From the NCBI GenBank assembly GCA_051747385.1, contig JBNJGB010000024.1:25797-89796 (forward strand): DNA of 64,000 nucleotides, in the 5' to 3' direction. Each line of letters opens with the position of its first letter. Position 1 is the first letter of the stretch. The notes beneath the pieces were generated by a model, which had not been told where the DNA came from, ran no database searches, and was given only the letters and a program-made list of their open reading frames with translations. Position numbers and translations under genes: made by a program. Below are positions 50,420 through 59,966 of this stretch, one piece after another. The stretch is from Myxococcota bacterium (GTDB lineage Bacteria > Myxococcota_A > UBA9042 > PHBI01 > JACKFB01).

Positions 50420-51466
50420 ATGAGCAAGGGCTCGGACAAGGGCATGAAGGGACTGTTGGGGCGCGTCGAGAAGCGCTTCGGGAAGGGAGCTGTGATGCAC
50501 ATGGACGACGCGAGGGACAGCGGGATGCGGGTGTTCTCCACGGGGTCGCTGGCCCTCGACGTGGCCCTCGGGGCCGGAGGCCTGCCGTACGGCCGCGTGG
50601 TCGAGGTGTACGGCCCGGAGTCGTCCGGCAAGACGACCCTGGCGCTCCACGCGGTCGTGGAGGTCCAGAAGGCGGGGGGCCGCGCGGCCTTCATCGACGC
50701 GGAGCACGCGCTGGACATGCGCTACGCGGAGGACCTGGGCGTGGACTCGTCGCGGCTGCTGGTGAGCCAGCCGGACTGCGGCGAGCAGGCCCTGGAGATC
50801 GCGGAGATGGTCGCCAGGAGCGACGAGATCGACCTCGTCGTCGTCGACTCGGTGGCGGCGCTGACCCCGCGCGCCGAGATCGAGGGCGAGATGGGCGATC
50901 AGCACGTCGGGCTGCAGGCGCGGATGATGGGCCAGGCGCTCCGCAAGCTCAACGCCGCGGCGAACCGCAACCAGACGGCCGTCCTGTTCATCAACCAGCT
51001 CCGGCAGAAGATCGGCGTGACCTTCGGAAGCTCGGAGACGACCACGGGAGGCAACGCGCTGAAGTTCTACGCCTCCGTCCGCCTGGACATCCGGCGCATC
51101 GGGGCGGTGAAGGACGGCGACGGGAACGCCATCGGCAACCGCACGAAGGTGAAGATCGCCAAGAACAAGCTCGCGCCGCCCTTCCGCATCTGCGAGTTCG
51201 AGATCATCTACGGCCGCGGGATCTGCCGCGCCGGCGAGGTCCTGGACATGGGCATCGAGGCCGGCTTCGTGACCAAGTCCGGCTCCTGGTACGCCCTGGG
51301 CGACGAGCGCCTGGGGCAGGGCAGGGAGCGGGCGCGCGCGGCCCTGCGGGCGGAGCCCGAGCGTCTGGACGCGCTCGTGGCGCAGCTCCGCGAGGGGCTG
51401 ATCGGCGAGGAGGCGGCGGGCTCCGCCGGCTCGGAGGACCAGGCGTCGCTGTCGGACGCGGCCTGA
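50420..51466 (+). CDS. recA: Recombinase RecA
   Basis: [10 protein letters not shown]-loop and highly conserved RecA core. GGAGGAG Shine-Dalgarno upstream of the ATG at 50420; the track ORF begins 14 codons earlier. Confidence 0.95.
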   Translation: MSKGSDKGMKGLLGRVEKRFGKGAVMHMDDARDSGMRVFSTGSLALDVALGAGGLPYGRVVEVYGPESSGKTTLALHAVVEVQKAGGRAAFIDAEHALDMRYAEDLGVDSSRLLVSQPDCGEQALEIAEMVARSDEIDLVVVDSVAALTPRAEIEGEMGDQHVGLQARMMGQALRKLNAAANRNQTAVLFINQLRQKIGVTFGSSETTTGGNALKFYASVRLDIRRIGAVKDGDGNAIGNRTKVKIAKNKLAPPFRICEFEIIYGRGICRAGEVLDMGIEAGFVTKSGSWYALGDERLGQGRERARAALRAEPERLDALVAQLREGLIGEEAAGSAGSEDQASLSDAA

Positions 51467-51495
51467 GCGGCGGGCAGAGCCCGCGGGAGGAAGAC

Positions 51496-51885
51496 ATGTC
51501 TGTGAACAACGTGCTGCTGGTGGGACACCTCGGGGCGGACCCGGAACTCCGGGCGACCGCGTCGGGGAAGTCGATGTGCAGGCTGAGCGTGGCCACGAAC
51601 CGGCCCAGGCGGGACGGCGCGGAGGCCGACCCCGACTGGCACCGGGTGGTGACCTGGGAGCGCACCGCGGAGAACTGTCACCGCTTCCTGCGCAAGGGGC
51701 GGATGGTGGCCGTGGAGGGGCGCATCCAGTCCCGGCGGTGGGAGGACGGCGACGGGAGGGCGCGCTGGACGACGGAGATCGTGGCGCATCGCGTGACCTT
51801 CCTCGGCGGCCGGGGGGCCGGCGACGGAGGGCGGGAGGCCCGCGCGCCCGCGCCCGAGCCGGTTCCGGACGCGCTGCCCTTCTGA
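51496..51885 (+). CDS. ssb: Single-stranded DNA-binding protein
   Basis: OB fold (NNVLLVGHLGADPELR...GKSMCRLSVATNR), a Gly-rich linker and an acidic C-terminal tip ending DALPF. Confidence 0.85.
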   Translation: MSVNNVLLVGHLGADPELRATASGKSMCRLSVATNRPRRDGAEADPDWHRVVTWERTAENCHRFLRKGRMVAVEGRIQSRRWEDGDGRARWTTEIVAHRVTFLGGRGAGDGGREARAPAPEPVPDALPF

Positions 51886-52118
51886 CGTGGAGCGGACCGT
51901 CCGCCGCGTCGTCGGGCCCGGCCGGGTGCGGCGGCGCGGTGGTCGATTCGGTGGTCGTACACCGGCGGGAGGTGCGCTACGATGACGCCCCGTCGACGCG
52001 ATCCGCTGCGGCGGACGGGCGGGCGCCGGGACGGGCGGCGGGGCACCCGTCGACGAGAGGAACCAGCGCGGGGCGGCGTCGGCGAGACGCGTCGGCCCGG
52101 ACGCCGAGGGAAGGTGGC

Positions 52119-53519
52119 ATGAGCGACACGCTGAAGATCGTGAACCCGTGGTCCAACGAGGTGGCGCTCGAGCTGGCCCTCGACGACGCCGCCGAGATCG
52201 ACCGGAAGGTCTCCGCCGCCCGGGAGGTCGCGGACGAGTGGCGCCACACGCCGGTGCACGAGCGGGTGGCCCTCGTGGAGCGCTTCGTGGACGTCGTCCT
52301 GGCGGAGCACGAGGAGGTGGCCCGCGCCATCACCCGCCAGATGGGCAAGCCGATCAGCCAAGCGCGCGGGGAGATCGGCACCCTGCTCGATCGGGCCCGC
52401 ATGATGATGGACCTGGCGCCGAACGCGCTCGCGGATCGCTCGGTGGCCATCGGCGACGGCATCCACCGGACCCTGGCGCGGGATCCCCTCGGCGTGGTGG
52501 TGGACATCGCGGCCTGGAACTATCCGCTGATCATCGCGGTGAACGTGGTGGTGCCGGCCGTGCTCGCCGGCAACGCGGTGCTCCTGAAGCACGCGAGCCA
52601 GACCGCCGGCCTGGGCCTGTGGTTCCAGCAGGCGTTCCGGAAGGCCGGCGCCCCCGAGGGCCTGGTGACGGCCGTGACGGTGCGAGGGCGCGACGCGGCG
52701 GGGCTCGTCCGGCATCCGCTGGTGGACGGTGTGTTCTTCACGGGCTCCACCGAGGCCGGGCGCGACGTGTACGCCAACGTAGCGACGCGGACGGAGGGCT
52801 TCATCGACGCGGGCCTGGAGCTGGGTGGCAAGGACCCGGCCTACGTGCGGAAGGACATGCCCCTGGACGTGGCGGTGCCGGCGCTCGTCGGCGGGACCAT
52901 GTTCAACGCGGGGCAGTCCTGCTGCGCCGTGGAGCGCATCTACGTCCACGAGAGCCTCTACGAGGCGTTCCTCGGCGGCGTCGTGGAGGAGGTGGGCAGG
53001 TGGAGGCTCGGCGATCCCGAGGTGTCCGACACGCTGCTGGGGCCGCTGGCCTCGGAGTCGGCCGTGGACACCATGGTCGCCCAGGTGGAGGACGCCGTGG
53101 CCAAGGGAGCCAGGCTGCTGGCCGGCGGCGAGCGGCCGTCCGGGAGGGGCTGGTCGTTCCCGGCCACGGTGGTCGCGGACGCCACCCACGAGATGGACGT
53201 CATGCGGGAGGAGAGCTTCGGGCCCATCATCGGCATCGCGCCCGTGGCCGACGACGAGGAGGCCGTCCGGCGCATGAACGACACGCGGTACGGCCTGACC
53301 GCCTCCGTGTGGACCCGGGATCACCACGCCGGCGCGGCGCTCGGCCGGCGCGTGCAGGCCGGTACGGTCTTCGTGAACCGCTGCGACTACGTCGACCCGG
53401 CCCTGCCTTGGACCGGCTTCGGGGACAGCGGCAAGGGGGTCACCCTGTCCGAGGTGGGCTTCGAGCACCTGACGCGGGTCCGGGGGCTGCACGTGCGGCC
53501 CCTGTCGCTCATGGGTTGA
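52119..53519 (+). CDS. NAD(P)-dependent aldehyde dehydrogenase family protein
   Basis: Catalytic Glu box ELGGKDP and Cys box FNAGQSCCAVER. The start at 52119 has a GAGGGAAGGTGG Shine-Dalgarno; the upstream part of the track ORF is a run-on. Confidence 0.85.
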   Translation: MSDTLKIVNPWSNEVALELALDDAAEIDRKVSAAREVADEWRHTPVHERVALVERFVDVVLAEHEEVARAITRQMGKPISQARGEIGTLLDRARMMMDLAPNALADRSVAIGDGIHRTLARDPLGVVVDIAAWNYPLIIAVNVVVPAVLAGNAVLLKHASQTAGLGLWFQQAFRKAGAPEGLVTAVTVRGRDAAGLVRHPLVDGVFFTGSTEAGRDVYANVATRTEGFIDAGLELGGKDPAYVRKDMPLDVAVPALVGGTMFNAGQSCCAVERIYVHESLYEAFLGGVVEEVGRWRLGDPEVSDTLLGPLASESAVDTMVAQVEDAVAKGARLLAGGERPSGRGWSFPATVVADATHEMDVMREESFGPIIGIAPVADDEEAVRRMNDTRYGLTASVWTRDHHAGAALGRRVQAGTVFVNRCDYVDPALPWTGFGDSGKGVTLSEVGFEHLTRVRGLHVRPLSLMG

Positions 53520-53523
53520 GCGC

Positions 53524-54318
53524 GTGGAAGGCGAGATGATCATCCAACCGCTTCCGCTGGAGCGGGTCGGCCCGGGCGGCGATCTGCGCGAGGCCTTCCT
53601 GGCCGTCCAGGAGCCATGGCAGGACCGCGGGCTGGTCCGGTGGATCGACCTCGTGCGGCCCGACGGCCGGTGGCCGGTCGAGGTGGTCGGCGCGTGGCCC
53701 GAGGGGCGGCCGGAGGCCCTGTCCGGGACCATCGTCTGCGTCTGGGCGCCGGAGGTCCTGTCCCGCTTCGACGACCTGCTGGAAGGATCGGGCCCCGATG
53801 GAGTGCGCGGCGACTCCCGGCCGACGGACGGCGCGTGGCACCTCATCGCCGTGACCACGGTGCCGGAGACCCGGGGGACCGGCCTGGGCCGCCGCCTTGC
53901 CCGGGGCGCCCTGCGCGTGCTCGGCGATCGGGACCCCACCACCACGGTCTGCACCTTGTCTCCCGCCGTGGGGCTGGCGGATCTGGCGGAGCAGGTGCCC
54001 GGCGAGAGCTTCGAGGAGCGCGTGCGGGCCGTGCTGTGGCGGGTCTCCGACGACGAGGGCCGCCCCGTCCTCCGCATCCAGCGGTTCCACTTAGGCAACG
54101 GCGCGACCCTGGGGGCCGTGCTCTTCGACAGCCGCCGCGACGACGCGTCGAGCGGGTGCGTGACCCTGCGGTTCGACTACTCGCTCGACCCGGCTGAGCA
54201 GCGGGCCAACCTGGGGTCCTTCCGCCGATGGGTCGAGGACCGCCGGCGCCGGCTTCGTGCCGGGGAGGGACGCTCCCTGAGTCGCCGCGAGGGTGCTCTG
54301 CTGCTGGCCGACACCTGA
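53524..54318 (+). CDS. Malonyl-CoA decarboxylase (MCD)-like protein, short form
   Basis: C-terminal RFHLGNGATLGAVLFDSRRDDASSGCVTLRFDY matches the MCD catalytic-domain signature (RFHLxNGA...S.G.mvNYrY). At 264 aa it is shorter than characterised MCDs. Confidence 0.55.
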   Translation: MEGEMIIQPLPLERVGPGGDLREAFLAVQEPWQDRGLVRWIDLVRPDGRWPVEVVGAWPEGRPEALSGTIVCVWAPEVLSRFDDLLEGSGPDGVRGDSRPTDGAWHLIAVTTVPETRGTGLGRRLARGALRVLGDRDPTTTVCTLSPAVGLADLAEQVPGESFEERVRAVLWRVSDDEGRPVLRIQRFHLGNGATLGAVLFDSRRDDASSGCVTLRFDYSLDPAEQRANLGSFRRWVEDRRRRLRAGEGRSLSRREGALLLADT

Positions 54319-54428
54319 GCCTCGCAGGGCTGTGGCCGGGGCGCCCCGTTTTGAGGCCGCCGTGGCCCGTGATAGTGTCTCGTTTCCGAGCCCCGACCAC
54401 TCGGGCAGCGGGGCTCTGGGAGGTGGGC

Positions 54429-56255
54429 GTGGCGTCAGGGACCGATAGCGGGGCGGGCGATGCCCTGATCGGCAGGACGCTGGCCGGGCGATATCGGGTC
54501 GATCGGCTCCTGGGGCGGGGCGGCATGGGCTCCGTGTATGCGGCAGAGCACATGGCGATCGAGCGGCCCGTTGCCCTGAAGGTGCTGGCGCCCCACCTCT
54601 CGGAGGATCCGGCGCAGGTGGAGCGCTTCAACCAGGAGGCGCGCGCCTCCAGTCGGCTGGAGCACCCCAACACCATCCGGGTCTTCGACTACGGACAGTC
54701 CGAGGACGGCCAGCTCTTCCTCGCCATGGAGCTTCTCGAGGGCGAGGAGCTGTCGCGGGTCATTCGTCGGGAGGGGGCCCTGGAGCCGGCCCGGGCCGTG
54801 CGCATCGCCCGGCAGATGGGCAAGTCCATCGGCGAGGCCCACCAGGCGGGTGTCATCCACCGGGACCTGAAGCCGGACAACGTCTTCCTGAGCCAGATCT
54901 ACGGCGAGCGCGACTTCGTGAAGGTCCTGGACTTCGGGATCGCGAAGTTCACGGACGGGTCGCCCGCCCAGCAGTCCCTCACCCAGACCGGGTTCATCGC
55001 GGGCACGCCATTGTACATCGCCCCCGAGCACGCCCTGGGTCAGCAGGTCACGGCTCGGACGGATCTCTACTCCCTCGGCGTGATGCTCTACGAGATGCTC
55101 ACGGGTGTGCTCCCGTTCCGGGCGGACACCCCGCTGGGCATCGTGATGAAGCACATCCACGAGGCGCCGCCGCCCCTCCGGGAGAAGAAGCCGGACCTGG
55201 AGATCCCGCGGGATCTCGAGGCCCTGGTCCTCCGGCTGCTGTCCAAGAAGCCCAAGGATCGCCCGGCCAGCGCGAAGGAGGTCGGGGACGCGCTCGACGC
55301 CGTCGATTTCAGCGGCTCCTCCGCCCCCCCGGCCAGGCGGTTCAAGGACTTCGGGGTGGGCCAGGAGGAGGAGACCGTCCTGTCCGGGGCTGCGATGGAT
55401 CCGCACGAGGCGCAGCCGTCGCACGCGCCCGAGGCCGAGGTGCACGAGCCGACGCCGGCCCGGATGCCGGCCGTGGCGCGCCGCTCCCACCCGGGGACCC
55501 TCGCGTCCCGACCGAGCACCAGCGGCGCCGGGGCTCCGGCCGAGACGGGGGCCATCGGCGTGGGGCAGGGGCAGCCTGCGACGACCGGGTCCGGGGGAGA
55601 CACGAGTCCGTGGGCGGTGGCGGGCGCCGTCCTGGCGGCCATGGTCGTGATCCTCGGCGGCGGCGTGACCCTCTGGTTCACGGCGGGGCCGGGCGCAGCC
55701 GAGGAGGAGCCCCCGGCGGCTTCGGCCACCGCGTCGCAGGAGACGACAGGCGCGGAGGGCACCGAGGCGGCCGGCGCCGAGACGAACGAAGAGCCCGTGC
55801 CGATCCGGGACGACCGATCGCGGACGGCGGCCGCCGTGCCGCCCGCGGACGGGGAGGCTGGCGCCGAGGACGAGGCCGGCGCGGAGGTGCACGACACCGT
55901 TTCGGCCGAAGGCGAGGGCGCGGAGGAGGAGGCTCCCGAGCCGGAGCCCGCCCGGGTCGAGATCCGGACGCAGCCGGTCGGGGCGGAGATCGTCGACGGC
56001 GAGGAGAGCCTCGGGCAGGCGCCGGTGGAGGTCTCCGTGGAGGCGGGGGGTGAGCGCTCCCTCACGGCGCGCCTGGACGGCCACCGGGACGCTGAGATCA
56101 CGGTGCCGTCCGACGCCGAGGGGCCGGTCGAGGTGACGCTGGAGAAGGTCCGGCCCGAGCCGACCGCGCGCCCGAAGAAGGGGCCCACGAAGCCACGCGC
56201 CAGCAGGAAGGGCGGCGGCTCGGAGGAGCCCGTCTGGAAGGACTGGGACGAGTAG
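54429..56255 (+). CDS. Ser/Thr protein kinase with a TM segment and a C-terminal PEGA domain
   Basis: GRGGMGSVY...ALKVL, HRDLKPDN, DFGIAK and APE motifs; TM helix WAVAGAVLAAMVVILGGGVTLWF; C-terminal PEGA (VEIRTQPVGAEIVDGE...). GTG start with a GGAGG Shine-Dalgarno; the upstream track extension overlaps the previous gene. Confidence 0.8.
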   Translation: MASGTDSGAGDALIGRTLAGRYRVDRLLGRGGMGSVYAAEHMAIERPVALKVLAPHLSEDPAQVERFNQEARASSRLEHPNTIRVFDYGQSEDGQLFLAMELLEGEELSRVIRREGALEPARAVRIARQMGKSIGEAHQAGVIHRDLKPDNVFLSQIYGERDFVKVLDFGIAKFTDGSPAQQSLTQTGFIAGTPLYIAPEHALGQQVTARTDLYSLGVMLYEMLTGVLPFRADTPLGIVMKHIHEAPPPLREKKPDLEIPRDLEALVLRLLSKKPKDRPASAKEVGDALDAVDFSGSSAPPARRFKDFGVGQEEETVLSGAAMDPHEAQPSHAPEAEVHEPTPARMPAVARRSHPGTLASRPSTSGAGAPAETGAIGVGQGQPATTGSGGDTSPWAVAGAVLAAMVVILGGGVTLWFTAGPGAAEEEPPAASATASQETTGAEGTEAAGAETNEEPVPIRDDRSRTAAAVPPADGEAGAEDEAGAEVHDTVSAEGEGAEEEAPEPEPARVEIRTQPVGAEIVDGEESLGQAPVEVSVEAGGERSLTARLDGHRDAEITVPSDAEGPVEVTLEKVRPEPTARPKKGPTKPRASRKGGGSEEPVWKDWDE

Positions 56256-56261
56256 GGGCCG

Positions 56262-56524
56262 CAGGCGGCTTGGACCGCGCGTCGTGCATATCTCGTCGAG
56301 AACCCGCGAAACGTGGTGTGGTCGGCGCACAGCGACCCCACGCGAGCCCGGAGCCCGCCGTCCAACGAACGCGACCGGCGCGCGGGACCGAGGCTGTCCC
56401 CGGCCGCGCGCCGGATACGCCGGTGGGAGTCGCTCCTTCAGGCACGGGCATGGGCAAGGGCAAAGGCAAGGGCGCGAGGCCACTTGCCGAGTTGAGCATG
56501 ATCGACAGGCGGCTTGGACCGCGC
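56262..56524 (-). repeat. Degenerate family A-related element, copy 3, flanked by 19-bp direct repeats
   Basis: Contains the hexamer core in reverse orientation (ggcacgggcatgggcaagggcaaaggcaaggg at 56441..56475) but lacks the hairpin. Flanked by identical caggcggcttggaccgcgc at 56262..56280 and 56506..56524. Confidence 0.4.
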
Positions 56525-56571
56525 CCGCCGGCGCGCTATCTTCCTCCGCGTCGCGACGTCCGGGAGGCACC

Positions 56572-57705
56572 GTGGCGCGAAGATCGAGCAGCAGAGCGTT
56601 CCGTCCCCTCATCCTGGCCCTGGTGGCGTGCCTGCTCCAGGTCGGCGGTCCGGCGCACGCCGCGACCCCGGAGGAGCGAGAGGCGTATCGCCTCTACCAG
56701 GCGGCGGCCGAGGATTTCGACGCGCGGGACTTCGAGGCCGCCGCGGAGAAGCTCGGGCGCGCCCATGACCTGTTCCCCAAGCCGATCATCCTCTTCAAGA
56801 AGGCGCAGGCCCTGGAGAACCTGGGCCGATTGGAGGAGGCCCGGGACGCCCTCGAGGAGGTGGAGCCGGACAGCCGGGGCCTGAAGGCCAAGGTGCAGGC
56901 AGCGCGCCGGCGGCTGGAGGTGCTGCTCGCGGAGCCGGTCAAGGTGTCCGTGCTGACCGGCGAGGTCACCGGTGCGCGCATCCTGCTGGACGGCGAGGAC
57001 GTGGGGAAGACGACGCCCGCCGTGCTGGACCTGGAGCGAGGAGAGCACGTCCTGCGCATCGAGCGGGAGGGCTACGAGCCTCACGTCATCGATCCGCTGG
57101 TGGTGCGCGGCCGCGATCCCATCGTGGCCGAGGTCGACCTGGTGCGGGCCACCGGACGGCTCCGGATCGAGGTGAGCGGAGGGACCTTCGAGGACGTGCA
57201 GGCGAGCCTCGACGGCGAGCCTATGGAGGCCGATCCCGTGGGCCGGACCGTCGTCCGGAGCGTCCCGGTCGGGGCGCACCGCGTCACCTGCCACGCCGAG
57301 GGCGAGTCCCCGGTCGCGCACGAGGTGACGGTGGAGCAGGACCGGGTGACGACTGTCCGCTGCGCCCTCGCGCCCGGCATCTCCTCGGGTCGCGCCTGGG
57401 CCGCCGGCAGCCTGCTCGTCGTCGGAGGCGGTACCTTCGCGTACGGCGGATGGCTGGTGAAGTCCTACCTGGACGACGTGGATCATGCCGACGCCACGAA
57501 CCAGGACCTGGACTCCAACAAGCAGATCTTCGGCCCGGTCCTCCTCGGGGTCGGCTCGGCGGCCATCGTGACGGGCACGGTGCTGCTGGCTCGGCGTCCG
57601 GACGCGTCCGGGGATGACGCGCCGAGCGAGGCCGCGCTGCCGCTCACGCCGCAGCTCGGCGTGCGGCCCGGCGGCGGATGGGTCGGCCTCGGCGGGAGCT
57701 TCTAG
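56572..57705 (+). CDS. Secreted TPR-like plus tandem PEGA-domain protein with a C-terminal TM anchor
   Basis: GTG start with a GGGAGG Shine-Dalgarno. Signal peptide ending PAHA-A. Two PEGA-like domains (VKVSVLTGEVTGARILLDGEDVGKTTP..., LRIEVSGGTFEDVQASLDGEPM...). C-terminal TM. Confidence 0.65.
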   Translation: MARRSSSRAFRPLILALVACLLQVGGPAHAATPEEREAYRLYQAAAEDFDARDFEAAAEKLGRAHDLFPKPIILFKKAQALENLGRLEEARDALEEVEPDSRGLKAKVQAARRRLEVLLAEPVKVSVLTGEVTGARILLDGEDVGKTTPAVLDLERGEHVLRIEREGYEPHVIDPLVVRGRDPIVAEVDLVRATGRLRIEVSGGTFEDVQASLDGEPMEADPVGRTVVRSVPVGAHRVTCHAEGESPVAHEVTVEQDRVTTVRCALAPGISSGRAWAAGSLLVVGGGTFAYGGWLVKSYLDDVDHADATNQDLDSNKQIFGPVLLGVGSAAIVTGTVLLARRPDASGDDAPSEAALPLTPQLGVRPGGGWVGLGGSF

Positions 57706-58206
57706 CCCGGCCTTCTCACCATCCGCCGGCTGCAGCGTGGGATCCGCCCGCGTCTCCGGCGCGTGCTCCCTCCGGCCACTTCGACGTACTGTGAGTACTC
57801 CGGGTCGCTGCGCTCCCCGGCTCTACCGGTCTTGCGGACCGGCGCTGCGGCGCGCTGCGCCGCTTTCAGTGGCCGCCAGTCCGCGCCAAGCCGGATCCAC
57901 GGGCGCCTCCCGGCGCTTCGCTCGGCGTCTCGTGAGAAGCCCGGGCTAGCCTCGACACTGGCCCAACGGGAGCGGTCCTGTTTGGTGCTCCAGCAGCGTT
58001 CGACGGCGCGGACCGCGGGTCTCCGAGGGATATGCGCGCGGATCGGCCAGGCGTGAAGCGCCGGTGCCGCGTCCCGAAGGCGCTGCGAAGCAGCGCGGCA
58101 GCGCTCCGCGCTGCCAACGGAACCGTAGAAGGCCGATCTGAACGAAACCGCCTCGGGCGCGCCTGGTCCGCGATACCCTACAGACTCCTCGCGCCGGGAG
58201 CCGTGG

Positions 58207-59862
58207 TCAGCTCTCGGGTGTCGGGCTCGGAGGCTCCGCGGCCGCGACCGGCTCGTCGCCCGGGGGCGCCATGGGCAGGGTCAGCTCCACGCGCGTGCCT
58301 TCGCCCTCGGTCGAGCGCACGACGATGGCGCCCCCAGCCTCGGCGACGTACGCGTACACGAGCGAGAGTCCGAGGCCCAGCCCCTTCGTGGCGCTGGGAG
58401 CCTTGGTGCTGGCGTAGGGCTCGAAGACGCGGTGAAGGGTGTCCTTCGGGATCCCCACGCCCGTGTCGCTGACGGCGATCCGGATGCAGGGCTCGTCTGG
58501 CAGCGACGGAAACCGGCGCCGCAGCGCCGTGGTCGGCTTGGCGGCGCTCACCTCGACCCGGAGATGCCCCCCGTGCGGCATGGCGTCGAGGGCGTTGCGG
58601 AAGATCTGCTCCAGGCTGTCCGCGAGCTGGACCCGATCCGTGCGGGCCTCCATCGGTCCCGAGCTCACCTCCACGTCCACGTGCACCTCCGGCGGCGTCC
58701 GGCGCGCGAGTCCCTGGGCGGTGTGCCACACGAGATCGGCGACGTCGACACACTCCGTTGGCGAGGCGCTCCTCGAGCGGAGGCGGGACAGGCTGTGGAC
58801 GAGCTGGGTCACCTGGCCCGCCGCGTGCGCCACCTGGTTGAGGTAGCGGCGCTTCCTGGCGTCCGTCTCCCGCGCGAGCAGCAGCTCGACGTAGCCGGCG
58901 ACGGCGGTCATCGTGTTGTTGATGTCGTGGGCCATCCCCCCCGCGAGCCTCGCGGTGGCCTCCATGGACTCCATCTGGCGCATGCGTATCTCGGTCATCC
59001 GCTGCTCCGCCACGTCCTCCAGCAACACGAGCAGCTTGTCCACGACGCCGCCCTCCCGGAAGATCGGCACCCCGGTGTAGACGACCCACACCTCCTTGCC
59101 GGCGACGGTCGTCATGCGGACCTCGCGACTAAACGGACGCCCGGCCAGGAGCCCGCGGAACTGGGGTTGGATGCCCGCCTCCTTGTACGGGACCAGGTCG
59201 CCGATGTTGTACCGGAACGCCTCGGTCAGCATCGAGGGCGGCATCCCGATGATCCGCATGTAGGCGTCGTTCATGGTGATGATCCGGCCGTCGGCGTCCG
59301 CCAGCAGGATGCCCGTGGGGGTGTGGTCGAACACGGATCGGAAGAGGCGCTCGCTCTGTCGCAGCCGGCGGGTGGACTCCTCCACCTCGGTGCGATCCTC
59401 CACCGTGAGCACATGGCAGTGAGGCTCGTCGGCGCCCTCGGGATAGGGCCGGGCGCCAGCGCGGATGAATCGGCGCGAGCCGTCGGGGAAGCGGATCTCC
59501 ATGGGTTCCGGGGGCACCGGGTGGCCGGTGCGGATGGCGCGTGGCAGCGGAAGCTCGTCGAACGGAATCGGCCGACCGTCGGAGTCGAGAGGTCGAGAGA
59601 TCATTCTCTCTGGTGCGAGGCACCACGTGCCCGGCTCCTCCACCTGAAACATCGTGCGGAATGCCTGGTTCAGGTACAGGAGGCGGTGCGGCGATGCAGC
59701 ATCCACGATCAGGACCCCGATGGGGAGCCGGTCGAATACTGCGCTGGGGACTCGATCCTCGTCCACTCTCTCGCTCCCGTTGCGACTTCGACCAAGGGGC
59801 CCGTCCCGGTCCGGGAAGCCGCCACAAGACCCCACCTTGTCCTCTGTCCCGATGCCTGTCAA
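58207..59862 (-). CDS. PAS-domain sensor histidine kinase (two PAS domains, HisKA, HATPase_c)
   Basis: H-box MAHDINNTMTAVAGYVELL, G1 DTGVGIP and G2 GLGLGLS motifs. The N-terminal extent is uncertain. Confidence 0.8.
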   Translation of the reverse strand: MTGIGTEDKVGSCGGFPDRDGPLGRSRNGSERVDEDRVPSAVFDRLPIGVLIVDAASPHRLLYLNQAFRTMFQVEEPGTWCLAPERMISRPLDSDGRPIPFDELPLPRAIRTGHPVPPEPMEIRFPDGSRRFIRAGARPYPEGADEPHCHVLTVEDRTEVEESTRRLRQSERLFRSVFDHTPTGILLADADGRIITMNDAYMRIIGMPPSMLTEAFRYNIGDLVPYKEAGIQPQFRGLLAGRPFSREVRMTTVAGKEVWVVYTGVPIFREGGVVDKLLVLLEDVAEQRMTEIRMRQMESMEATARLAGGMAHDINNTMTAVAGYVELLLARETDARKRRYLNQVAHAAGQVTQLVHSLSRLRSRSASPTECVDVADLVWHTAQGLARRTPPEVHVDVEVSSGPMEARTDRVQLADSLEQIFRNALDAMPHGGHLRVEVSAAKPTTALRRRFPSLPDEPCIRIAVSDTGVGIPKDTLHRVFEPYASTKAPSATKGLGLGLSLVYAYVAEAGGAIVVRSTEGEGTRVELTLPMAPPGDEPVAAAEPPSPTPES

Positions 59863-59966
59863 CGGACTTCCCCGGAGGGCGCGACACGCTGTGACCGGCG
59901 CCCGGAACCGCGGCCTGTTCGGGGTTTCGCCTTGCGTTTCGGGGGCGCGGCGTCTGTAGTGGCGTC

